Part shown: positions 49,268 through 58,607 of the stretch, in pieces
Position numbering within the stretch: position 1 is the first letter of the stretch
How the letters are laid out: each line of letters begins with the position of its first letter
Made by a program: the position numbers and the translations under genes
The notes under the pieces: generated by a model
Told to the model about the DNA's origin: nothing
Database searches by the model: none
Seen by the model: only the letters and a program-made list of their open reading frames with translations
DNA from: a virus
Length of the DNA: 64,000 bases
Strand: one strand, 5' to 3'
Virus record (IMG/VR): IMGVR_UViG_3300027956_000006

Positions 49268-49810
49268 GTACCTATCGTACCAATCGTACCAATCGTACCA
49301 ATCATACCAATCATACCAATCATACCAATCGTACCAATCATACCAATCGTACCAATCGTACCAATCATACCAATCATACCAATCGTACCAATCATACCAA
49401 TCGTACCAATCGTACCAATCATACCAATCGTACCAATCGTACCAATCGTACCAATCGTACCAATCATACCAATCGTACCAATCGTACCAATCGTACCAAT
49501 CATACCAATCGTACCAATCGTACCAATCATACCAATCATACCAATCGTACCAATCATACCAATCATACCAATCATACCAATCATACCAATCATACCAATC
49601 ATACCAATCATACCAATCATACCAATCGTACCAATCATACCAATCATACCAATCATACCAATCATACCAATCGTACCAATCATACCAATCGTACCAATCG
49701 TACCAATCATACCAATCATACCAATCGTACCAATCGTACCAATCATACCAATCATACCAATCATACCAATCATACCAATCATACCAATCATACCAATCGT
49801 ACCAATCGTA
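49268..49810. repeat. 9-bp tandem array ACCAATC(A/G)T, about 60 units
   Basis: About 33 A-type and 27 G-type units in irregular order. Confidence 0.97.
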
Positions 49811-49889
49811 AGTATAAAAAATAAAAGTGAAGCGTGAAGCGAGAAAAGCGAAGCGATAACACAGAAGCGAGAAAAGCGAAGCGTGAGTC

Positions 49890-49918
49890 TTGACAGGCGG
49901 CAGGAACGGATTTATGTT
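49890..49918 (+). promoter_or_regulatory. Possible sigma70-type promoter for the rightward arm
   Basis: TTGACA-17 bp-TATGTT. Confidence 0.45.
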
Positions 49919-50846
49919 AAAAGCGTTACTTTCAGTAAAAGCATGTAGGCGTTTTTATATTTTATAAGATGGACATGGACATATTTTTTTAATAGGGATA
50001 TATTTTAATAAAAATTATTTTAAAAAGGTAGAGTACGGTAACAGGAGCTAATTTTTAATAAGGATGTTATTTTCAGTAAAAGGGTGTAGGCATTTTATTA
50101 TTATAGAATACTTAAATTTTTAAAACCAAGCGATCGGAGATGTGGTCAGGAATAACAATATAATGAGCATCGTAAGATGATTTAAATTCCGTCTAACAGA
50201 ACCCAATCAAAATACAGCTATATAAGCATGTATTGGACAGGAGAAGAAAAGACTTGCATTAGTACTATACAATTATATAATGATACTATATGTACTCTTA
50301 TATAGTTTAACACTATACAAGCAGTACATAAGCCTTGACAAAGAAAGCGAAGCATAGCAGAGACCGCGATGCGAAGTAAGAAGAAAACCGAGACAACGAG
50401 AGTGAAGACCCTCGAAAAGTAGCAGTAGCGATAGAGAAGACCCTCTCTAAGAGAAAAGCTCTAAAGCGTACTTCGCAACCCACGCAAAACAGAACATCTG
50501 AAAATGTTTCCGCAGAATAGCGAAATTTTAGCAAAAGAGTAGCGTGGAAAAATAGCAATTTCCACTAGAAAATTATTGCAGTCTTGCACTCTATACGAGT
50601 TAAGCGAGCACGGGTAGGGAGAGCTACGCGAGGAAAGCCTGAACTCAGATAGCATTGACGCAAGAGTTACATAGTTTAACTGACTGCGGGTAGAAGATAG
50701 TAAGCAGGGTAAGAGAGATAATATTGCTAAGAAGCGATTGATTGAATACCCACTCTTATTTATATATACATCTATATAAAGCACATAAAAAAACGAACCA
50801 AGCGAGAGGAGAAACCAAACAGAACGAATAAGAAAGAGAGAGCGAA

Positions 50847-51176
50847 ATGGAAACCGCGTTAGACAAGAAGTTGCGAGAGCGACAATCAGAATTAGGGTAT
50901 CAGAATCACAGAAACGGGTATAACTTCGAATTAAAAAATAAACATCTTGAGCAAAGATTAGCGATACTTGCAATAACATCAGCGGGCAGCCAAAGTCCGA
51001 TCGATATAGTATCAATTCGTAAAGACTATGTATTATTGATAAGCTGTAAAGCGAACGGGTATCTTGATCCTAAGGAGAGGAGAGATCTGGACAAACTAAA
51101 ATCGCAGTTACCCAAGTTTTGCAGAATACAGGTGCGGTACAAAGTCGGGCACAAACTTTATAAACAGTGGTATTAA
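50847..51176 (+). CDS. PD-(D/E)xK nuclease, Holliday junction resolvase (Hjc)-like
   Basis: NGYNFE, SAGSQSPIDIVSI, LLISCK. Confidence 0.7.
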   Translation: METALDKKLRERQSELGYQNHRNGYNFELKNKHLEQRLAILAITSAGSQSPIDIVSIRKDYVLLISCKANGYLDPKERRDLDKLKSQLPKFCRIQVRYKVGHKLYKQWY

Positions 51177-51508
51177 GAGCGAGGTGCGGAATGGGGAAAT
51201 TAAATTCATTAAGAAAAGTCGTTGCGTTACGCAACAGAGTTGATGATAAGAGCGTATTCAACCCAGAACTCAGGATCGGTTTTGTTAAGGGCGAAAAGTC
51301 GGAAGATTATGTTTATATTGACAAGGAATACGCAGGTTTTTTACAAATAACAAAAGATTCGGGCGGTGACGATCCTGTTTATGCGAAAAACGGAATATAC
51401 ATTACTTTGACGCAAGACGAAGCGGAATTTTTGTACCAAACCTTAAAGAAGTTACATCGTTACTTCTATAAACTTCCTAAGACTGACGATTACTCTTATA
51501 ACCCGTAA
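51167..51508 (+). CDS. Hypothetical protein (likely start ATG 51192)
   Basis: GAGGTG RBS before MGKLNS. Confidence 0.55.
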   Translation: MVLRARCGMGKLNSLRKVVALRNRVDDKSVFNPELRIGFVKGEKSEDYVYIDKEYAGFLQITKDSGGDDPVYAKNGIYITLTQDEAEFLYQTLKKLHRYFYKLPKTDDYSYNP

Positions 51509-51523
51509 CGAAAGGAGTCATGA

Positions 51524-51769
51524 ATGTTGAATCTAAAGCCTGTAGTATTAAAACGCTATGCGAGCAGTATTGCGGCTAAATTCCCCTACGAAGTACGCTT
51601 CTCTCGCAGGGACGGGGTAATATACTGTACATGCCCTGGATGGACAAAAACATGGAAACGACCGCGTACATGCAGTCATTTACAGCATTACGAGTACAAA
51701 AACCCGAAGACATACAGAAAGTACATTAAACTCGGAAAAATGATTGCGGCTAGAGTTAAAAAAATATAG
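51524..51769 (+). CDS. SWIM zinc-finger protein
   Basis: YEV...YCTCPGW...CSH. Confidence 0.75.
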   Translation: MLNLKPVVLKRYASSIAAKFPYEVRFSRRDGVIYCTCPGWTKTWKRPRTCSHLQHYEYKNPKTYRKYIKLGKMIAARVKKI

Positions 51770-51805
51770 GCAAATTATAATTTTAGCATCTAGCAAGGAG
51801 AATCT

Positions 51806-52171
51806 ATGTTACGCATTATAGCATATATAACAGGGCTTGAGGGACCTAGGCAAGATAAATACTTTTTTGAAGAATGGAGAGTGGCTCGGAATAACAACCT
51901 GATCGTGGGTCATTTTGGGTTGAGAGAAGATGTAGCTGTTAATGGAAAAACAATTGCAGTAAACGAAAATGCGCAAGCCGTATTTGAGGATTTAATAGGG
52001 CTTGATGGAAAACATTTAGAAAAAGCTTATGCTAGGATCCACTATGTATGTAGTTGCGGCGAAAGGAAGAACTTTCGTATAGAGCATACATACCCTGAAA
52101 CGATAGTACATATTTGTAACAACTGCAACCAGATTGTGTTTGAAACATGCAATATAACAGCTATAAGATGA
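51806..52171 (+). CDS. Hypothetical Zn-binding protein
   Basis: AAGGAG RBS; CSCG...CNNC. Confidence 0.6.
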   Translation: MLRIIAYITGLEGPRQDKYFFEEWRVARNNNLIVGHFGLREDVAVNGKTIAVNENAQAVFEDLIGLDGKHLEKAYARIHYVCSCGERKNFRIEHTYPETIVHICNNCNQIVFETCNITAIR

Positions 52172-52193
52172 AACCAAGCAATAGGGAAAAATG

Positions 52194-52413
52194 TAAGCGT
52201 GCTCTAAGCGTGCTCTAAGCGTGCTCTAAGCGTGCTCTAAGCGTGCTCTAAGCGTGCTCTAAGCGTGCTCTAAGCGTGCTCTAAGCGTGCTCTAAGCGTG
52301 TTCTAAGCGTGCTCTAAGCGTGCTCTAAGCGTGTTCTAAGCGTGTTCTAAGCGTGTTCTAAGCGTGCTCTAAGCGTGTTCTAAGCGTGCTCTAAGCGTGT
52401 TCTAAGCGTGTTC
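52194..52413. repeat. 11-bp tandem array TAAGCGTG(C/T)TC x20
   Basis: 13 C-type and 7 T-type units; intergenic. Confidence 0.97.
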
Positions 52414-52701
52414 TATATTCCTTTATATCTTATCCAAATAAATAAAAATTAAATTTCAATAATATATGCAAGGCTATTTTGTAAGGAAGATTGCTTTCAG
52501 CAAAACTCGAAAGGCGAATTTCGAATTTTAAAACTAAAGAAAGGAGACATATATGCAGAATATTTTATTTATTTTAGAAAAAGTTTTATATGGGATATTC
52601 TGGGTGAGCAGTTATTTCGCTTTCGCTTTATTATGCGCGGGTTTTTGTGGTATTGGGGAAACAAGTCGAGACACTTACTAAAAGAAAGGAAAGGTGAATC
52701 A

Positions 52702-52923
52702 ATGTATTGTTACGATAACTATAAAACGAAAAAAGCTTTAAAGGAAGCAGTTGCGCGTGGGGATAAGGTACGGATTTATCAACCAAACGATATGTTTAAT
52801 AATCCAAAAGCAGATTCGCATTACACAGGGAAAGCAAGTGTTGAGGGCCCGCATTACCCAGCTGCCCATACATGGTACGCTGAGGTAACATTAGTTGATG
52901 GAATAGTAACAAAAGTAAAGTAA
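52702..52923 (+). CDS. Hypothetical phage protein
   Basis: Start reassigned to MYCYDNYKTKKALKEAV by RBS; EGPHYPAAHTWYA. Confidence 0.65.
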   Translation: MYCYDNYKTKKALKEAVARGDKVRIYQPNDMFNNPKADSHYTGKASVEGPHYPAAHTWYAEVTLVDGIVTKVK

Positions 52924-52952
52924 TACTCGTAGAGCCAAGCGAAAGGAGAGAG

Positions 52953-53237
52953 ATGCCAGAAATAAAAGCAACAGTTGAGTTTATTGACTACAATGTTGTA
53001 CGGGAGTTTGAGATAACGATTACGGGTATTGATCTGGAGAAGGATATTAATGCGTATCACGAAAACGGGCGTGAAGTTTTACGTTCAGGTATAAAAGATT
53101 TATGTAACACTGTTTTTATGAATGTAAAACAGGTTACATTGAATGATGAATGTTATGATTGCGGTGAGGTGCTCACGCAGAAGAAACATGAATGTCCAAT
53201 GTTGTTAGCCCCACTTAAGAAAAAACATAACAAATAG
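52953..53237 (+). CDS. Hypothetical protein
   Basis: CCAAGCGAAAGGAG leader. Confidence 0.6.
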   Translation: MPEIKATVEFIDYNVVREFEITITGIDLEKDINAYHENGREVLRSGIKDLCNTVFMNVKQVTLNDECYDCGEVLTQKKHECPMLLAPLKKKHNK

Positions 53238-53267
53238 CGCAGGAGCGTACTAAAGGAGTGTTATAAA

Positions 53268-53519
53268 ATGAAGATTGCGATAGCAATAGAAAAGGCACAG
53301 CGTTATTGTGCAGAAGGGTATGCACAGGCTGATCCAAAAGAAGTGTATGAAGTACTGGACGCGTTGTTGCAGGAGACTAAATTAGTGAAAAAACTGTATT
53401 GGGCTTGCGATTACGCTTTAACAGCAATCAATAACAAAAATAATAGTATCCATTTTGAGGGCATAGTTATTGCGTTAAAAGAAGTCCTAACAGAAATAGA
53501 GGATAGACTTTCTACTTAA
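53268..53519 (+). CDS. Hypothetical protein
   Basis: AAGGAG RBS. Confidence 0.55.
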   Translation: MKIAIAIEKAQRYCAEGYAQADPKEVYEVLDALLQETKLVKKLYWACDYALTAINNKNNSIHFEGIVIALKEVLTEIEDRLST

Positions 53520-53557
53520 TCGGGTTTTGATTAGAACATAATTTAAAGGAGCTTCTT

Positions 53558-54070
53558 ATGATTATTTTGAACAGAGTGAGAGAGAACATTCCAATAATCG
53601 TATGTAAGACATGTGGGAAACGTGCGTTGCAGAGTAGTGTTATTGAATTAGAAGATCCTGCTCTGATAAAAGAAATGCGATACAAGAAGCGTAAAACATG
53701 GGCGCGGATCATTAAACCTTCGTTTAATATATATATGAGCGAGGGTAGAAAGATGCGTAACAAGCGTATATTCTTTTCGGCGTTACTTGTAGGCTGTATT
53801 GAGAAGAAACATAAGTTACAGGTTATTCATCTTAACGGGAGCAAATTTCATCAATCGTATTTAGATACGGTGAAAGAGATGAAGGAGAAGCGTGAATGGA
53901 TCATAAAGCCGAAGAAGAAAAAGAAAGGAGAGAGAGTGAACTGTGCTTCTTGTGGCACAAGAACTGACGCGGACGAGATCTGCATGGGGTGTGGTCGTTG
54001 TGAGGCTTGTTGCAACTGCATTAAAATGAGGAGAGCGAAAAAAGTGCTCAAGTTAAGGGAGGAAAAATGA
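53558..54070 (+). CDS. Hypothetical basic Cys-rich protein
   Basis: CKTC, CASC, CMGCGRCEACCNC. Confidence 0.55.
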   Translation: MIILNRVRENIPIIVCKTCGKRALQSSVIELEDPALIKEMRYKKRKTWARIIKPSFNIYMSEGRKMRNKRIFFSALLVGCIEKKHKLQVIHLNGSKFHQSYLDTVKEMKEKREWIIKPKKKKKGERVNCASCGTRTDADEICMGCGRCEACCNCIKMRRAKKVLKLREEK

Positions 54071-54226
54071 AACGGTATAGATTGTGTTATATAGATCCCG
54101 AAGGTTTCTATGATGAAATTATTTGTAGTACAATCGAAAAAGCAAAGGAAATAAAAAATATACTGGAGCACGATGGATGCGCGTGCACAATTACGGACAT
54201 AGACACAACTCTTACGGAGGTGGATA

Positions 54227-54649
54227 ATGAGTAAAATGATAATGTTAGATGCTGGTAAATTGGCTACTATTTTAAATGCGGCGCTGTTAAATAGTACTCA
54301 ATATAAACGTGCGACAGAAGGAACTCTGTTATGGTGTGAGAAAGACGAGACCTTGTTAGAAATGGGTAAACTGTTACTGACAGAAATTGAGGAACACTTA
54401 ATGAAAAAACAAGTAGCGCCCTTTATTCGCATTGGAGACAAAATTGAAATAGAAGGCATGCAAGGTGAAGTAATATATATTACTTCTATTGAAGCAAATG
54501 GAAGACAGCTTGCACTTTCTGCAGGTAATATATATGTTGCTGAATGTTATGAGAAAAAAACTGATTCTGGTATAGTGTATCAGCATATCCGTAAGTTTGA
54601 CAACCATTTGATACATTGTGGATATGTTAAATTATTAGACAGGGAATAA
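54227..54649 (+). CDS. Hypothetical protein
   Basis: GGAGGTG RBS. Confidence 0.6.
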   Translation: MSKMIMLDAGKLATILNAALLNSTQYKRATEGTLLWCEKDETLLEMGKLLLTEIEEHLMKKQVAPFIRIGDKIEIEGMQGEVIYITSIEANGRQLALSAGNIYVAECYEKKTDSGIVYQHIRKFDNHLIHCGYVKLLDRE

Positions 54650-54662
54650 AAGGAGTGGGGAT

Positions 54663-55418
54663 ATGAAAAAATATACTCAAAAGGAATTTGATAACTTTCT
54701 GGTAGTAAATGGAAAAAAACAGTGCCCGAGTGGGGATTATTCTGCAATAAATACATTCGGTAAGAGGTGTTCATTCGGTAAGAGGTGTTCATTCGGTGAG
54801 GGGTGTTTATTCGGTAAGTGGTGTTCATTCGGTGAGGGGTGTTTATTCGGTAAGTGGTGTTCATTCGGTGAGGGGTGTTTATTCGGTAAGAGGTGTTCAT
54901 TCGGTGAGTGGTGTTCATTCGGTGAGTGGTGTTCATTCGGTGAGGGATGTTCATTCGGTAAGTGGTGTTCATTCGGTGAGGGGTGTTTATTCGGTAAGAG
55001 GTGTTCATTCGGTAAGTGGTGTTTATTCGGTAAGAGGTGTTCATTCGGTGAGTGGTGTTCATTCGGTGAGTGGTGTTCATTCGGTAAGAGGTGTTCATTC
55101 GGTGAGGGGTGTTCATTCGGTGAGGGGTGTTCATTCGGTAAGGGGTGTTCATTCGGTAAGGGGTGTTCATTCGGTGAGGGGTGCAAGTATTGTGGTTTTT
55201 CTTTTAATCATGTTTTTTGTTTATATGGTATTTATACATATAAAGTTATTATTTATCTTGATAAGCAAGATAAATACCTTTTATCCATTGGATGTAATAA
55301 TTTTCCGACACTGGAGAAAGCGGTAAAATACGCAAAGAAAAATAATTTGTATTGCAAAAAGACTCACCAGGTTTTAAAAATATTATTACAAAAAAACAAT
55401 ATAACAAGAAAGGAGTAA
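54663..55418 (+). CDS. Hexapeptide-repeat (beta-helix-like) protein
   Basis: About 24 18-bp units encoding C(S/L)FG(K/E)(R/G/W); non-repetitive ends; AAGGAG RBS. Confidence 0.8.
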   Translation: MKKYTQKEFDNFLVVNGKKQCPSGDYSAINTFGKRCSFGKRCSFGEGCLFGKWCSFGEGCLFGKWCSFGEGCLFGKRCSFGEWCSFGEWCSFGEGCSFGKWCSFGEGCLFGKRCSFGKWCLFGKRCSFGEWCSFGEWCSFGKRCSFGEGCSFGEGCSFGKGCSFGKGCSFGEGCKYCGFSFNHVFCLYGIYTYKVIIYLDKQDKYLLSIGCNNFPTLEKAVKYAKKNNLYCKKTHQVLKILLQKNNITRKE

Positions 55419-56032
55419 AAGATGTATCAGTTTATTGTAGACCTTTTAATTACGGTTTTTATAGTAATAATGAGTATGTTAAGCGGTATTGCGATTGCCA
55501 CAGACCATTGGACAAAATGCCAGAAATGCGGGCATAGACAATTGATGACTATTTGTCCAGATTGTGAGTATGAGCACACACAAGGTGAGCAATATAAAGA
55601 ATTGTAACTTTTTGTGAATAAAAACATATGGACGAAAGGAGGTAGATGTGGCTCCAAATAGTAATAAATGTTGCGCTACCTGTGATAACAAAATTAACGG
55701 ATGGTGCGACATTTGGAATTGTGCAGTAGAGGATGATGTAAGTTTATCCTGCGAATTTTATAGTAGTGATACTCTTACTTTAGGACAACAAATTAATAAC
55801 GAATTATAAAAAGAGAGAGGGTAAAACCATGTTAAACATAACCTTGCACAAACATTACAAAACATTAGCGTATATGATAATACAGAAAGCCAAGCAAGAG
55901 GGTAAGATGCGTAGATACGATTATACGCATAGCGTACTCCCTTACTTCACTTTATTCAGGGAGAAAGTAGTTTTGGAAAAACATCTTGTTTCTGGTTTGC
56001 GTAGACAAGGCATTGAGATTGTGAAATAAAAA

Positions 56033-56215
56033 ATGCGTGAATGTAAATGTGGTTCTGGGTTAGAAAAAGAAGCACAATATGATGCGCGTGGTATTTTTTT
56101 GTTTTATGGTTGTTCTCAATGCGTAAAACTAAAATTGTCGAAGTTCCGTCCAGATGTCCTACACAACCCAAATTATATCGCTGATGAGGCGATAGAAGAG
56201 GAAGAGTTATTATGA
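56033..56215 (+). CDS. Small Cys-containing hypothetical protein
   Basis: CKCGSG...YDARGIF...CSQC. Confidence 0.6.
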   Translation: MRECKCGSGLEKEAQYDARGIFLFYGCSQCVKLKLSKFRPDVLHNPNYIADEAIEEEELL

Positions 56216-56592
56216 CAACACAAATAGCAAACAAGTTGGATTATTATAAACTAACAGCAAGTAAAAGTGGTAACTTTATAGTAATTGATAGTATCGGAGT
56301 ACCACACCCCTATTGTATTACGCCAAGGCATGTTGTTTATGCGAGCGATAACAATTGTGGTATGTTAACAACAGATAGTATACAGGAAGCGGAAGAACAT
56401 GGGGCACGATGCGGTATATGCAAAGGTAAACTTTCGTATAGTGAGCATGAACACGCCTTACTTATATCATGCAAAAAAGATCCACAGACAGACGAAAATG
56501 CAAAGGAAGAATTACACGCATACCTTTTAAAGCTGAAAGACAAAGCGGAAGAAGATGGATATGCGGGATTCGCATTCAAGAAAGATTATTAA
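56212..56592 (+). CDS. Hypothetical protein
   Basis: PHPYCIT, CGIC, EHE; coupled to upstream gene. Confidence 0.65.
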   Translation: MTTQIANKLDYYKLTASKSGNFIVIDSIGVPHPYCITPRHVVYASDNNCGMLTTDSIQEAEEHGARCGICKGKLSYSEHEHALLISCKKDPQTDENAKEELHAYLLKLKDKAEEDGYAGFAFKKDY

Positions 56593-56839
56593 TATGGCGC
56601 GCACAATCGGTAAAAAAAATATTGAGTTGATAAAGAAATTGACTCGGATAGAAAAAAGCAGGGTCATTAAAGCTGATTATCTCGGCAATACTGATTACTC
56701 TAAAATTGAGGAAAGAGTCTTTTTACAGTTACCACTTCAACTTTGGTATACATGGGAAATGGCTGAACAGGAAATACATATGATAATATTTGATGAAATT
56801 ATGAAATAAAAAATCAGTAAAATATAACCAGGAGGACTA

Positions 56840-57133
56840 ATGGATATAAAGAAAGAACTGGCAAAAGCTATATTTTCTAACGATATTATAGAAGTAAAAC
56901 AGACACTTTTGGATATTTATGCGGATTATAAATTAGAAGATACTATGAAAGTGTGTGTTGTGGACGGTTTACCTTTGATATTGGTACGTAATTTTAATGA
57001 AGTTAAATCAATGTTGTTAGAAAATGAGTGGAATTATATTCCGGCAATAAAACTTTTGCGGGATAAAGAACAATTAGGGTTACGAGAGGCAAAAAATATT
57101 GTTGATTGGATTAAAAAATCTCTAAATCTTTGA
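56840..57133 (+). CDS. Protein with ribosomal L7/L12 C-terminal-like domain
   Basis: IPAIKLLRDKEQLGLREAKNIVD. Confidence 0.7.
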   Translation: MDIKKELAKAIFSNDIIEVKQTLLDIYADYKLEDTMKVCVVDGLPLILVRNFNEVKSMLLENEWNYIPAIKLLRDKEQLGLREAKNIVDWIKKSLNL

Positions 57134-57160
57134 TAAATAATTAATAAAATAACCATCAAG

Positions 57161-57232
57161 GCGGTGGTTGTGGCGTGGTAGCCTGACAGGGTGCGAGCCT
57201 AGAAGAGTTGCAGACCAACTGCCAACCACCGC
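57161..57232 (+). ncRNA. tRNA-like structured element 6
   Basis: Perfect 10-bp stem GCGGTGGTTG/CAACCACCGC; AACCATCAAGGCGGTGGTTGTGGCGT identical to the 5' end of element 2; GCAG-ACCAA-CTGC 3' hairpin. Confidence 0.6.
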
Positions 57233-57474
57233 TTAAGTTAGGTGAAGATAACCAGTATGGATATTGTATTTCTTGTTCTGGTAAACAATCTTACTTTAAT
57301 GTTTTATTACTGCTAAAACCTTTATTTAAACCAAAAGGGATCAAGCGGTACATTGCGTCTTGTAATGATAAATATGACCCAGATCATCCTGATTATGATG
57401 CTAATTCCGCAAATTGGAAAAATTTTATATAATGACACAGAAGATAGTATTAACTAAACCAAGCGAAAGGAGTA

Positions 57475-57867
57475 ATGATGGAAAATAAAGAGTTTGATGG
57501 AGATAGTCATATCTATCTTTATGCTAAGAGATGGTATAAACAAAGTAACAATCCCTTTAACGATTTACGCAAGATATATTCTGTGCGTAATGGTATAGAG
57601 GAACAATATATTACCGACATTAATATAATTGAAAATATATCGTGTCTGGTATTTAAACATTTAAAAGAAAATAATTTTCGGGAATTAATGTTACGCATAT
57701 TTAGAAAGAAATCTTTTTTATATTATTCAAGGATAACAAGTATGAGACGGGTACTATTAGAATTACTTTCTATTTTATCGATAGTACAGGTATATGAAAC
57801 AAAAACCAAAACAACATTGATTAATCTCGCACAACCTGATGAGAAAATATTACCATTAAGACCATAA
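57475..57867 (+). CDS. Hypothetical protein
   Basis: CCAAGCGAAAGGAG leader. Confidence 0.6.
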   Translation: MMENKEFDGDSHIYLYAKRWYKQSNNPFNDLRKIYSVRNGIEEQYITDINIIENISCLVFKHLKENNFRELMLRIFRKKSFLYYSRITSMRRVLLELLSILSIVQVYETKTKTTLINLAQPDEKILPLRP

Positions 57868-57868
57868 A

Positions 57869-58291
57869 ATGATTAAACCCATTGTTACTAATATTAAAGA
57901 GTTACAAAAACCTTGTATAGAGGTCGAAAATGGTGAAAATCTTGAGGTAATACTTCAAGATTTAAGAGATACGCTTGCTACGCAGAAAGGATATGGCCTT
58001 TCAGCAAATCAGATAGGCGTTTTTAAAAAAGTAGCATTATACAATTTTGAAGGTAATGAAAATATTTTAATTAATCCAGAATTAATATCTAAATATGGTA
58101 AAATTGTATTTAGAGAAGGTTGTTTGAGTATGCCTGGATTTACGATACTAACAGACAGATATAATGAGATAAAGTTTCGTAACAACTGTGGGTTATATGT
58201 TGCTTTAGGCCTTGAAGCTATAATTATTCAGCACGAAATAGACCATTTAAACGGTTTAACAATACTTAATCGTAAACACAAAGCGAGGTGA
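57869..58291 (+). CDS. def: Peptide deformylase (short, phage-type)
   Basis: GYGLSANQIG, EGCLS, QHEIDHLNG. Confidence 0.95.
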   Translation: MIKPIVTNIKELQKPCIEVENGENLEVILQDLRDTLATQKGYGLSANQIGVFKKVALYNFEGNENILINPELISKYGKIVFREGCLSMPGFTILTDRYNEIKFRNNCGLYVALGLEAIIIQHEIDHLNGLTILNRKHKAR

Positions 58292-58298
58292 TACGAAA

Positions 58299-58607
58299 AT
58301 GGTAAAGCACACACAGAGTAAATGGGAAGTAAGTAGCAGTACTTTAATTATAGCACAAGATAAAATTGTTGCTAATTGTTGTTTTTTTGGAATCGAATCT
58401 GTGGAACTACCCTTTAAAGAATGTGAGGCTAACGCTCGTTTAATCGCTTCTGCTCCTGAGTTAATATATCTGCTTAAAACTTGTTTACCAATTATCCAAC
58501 GTCATGAAGAATATGAAGGGTTATTTATTGCAATGGGGAAAGTTATCGCAAAGGCTGAGGGTGCTAATGAACAGTACTTACTAAGAAAGGAGAAAAATGA
58601 AGAATAA
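58299..58607 (+). CDS. Hypothetical phage protein
   Basis: KHTQSKW...EANARLIASAPEL. Confidence 0.75.
   Translation: MVKHTQSKWEVSSSTLIIAQDKIVANCCFFGIESVELPFKECEANARLIASAPELIYLLKTCLPIIQRHEEYEGLFIAMGKVIAKAEGANEQYLLRKEKNEE

Noticed and set aside
49222-49811. ORFs (MIG/TIG)n and (YQS)n across the 9-mer array
   Set aside because: Open frames follow automatically from a stop-free 9-bp unit; no convincing RBS; treated as non-coding.
49268-52413. CRISPR arrays
   Set aside because: The repeats are contiguous with no unique spacers, and there are no cas genes in the window.
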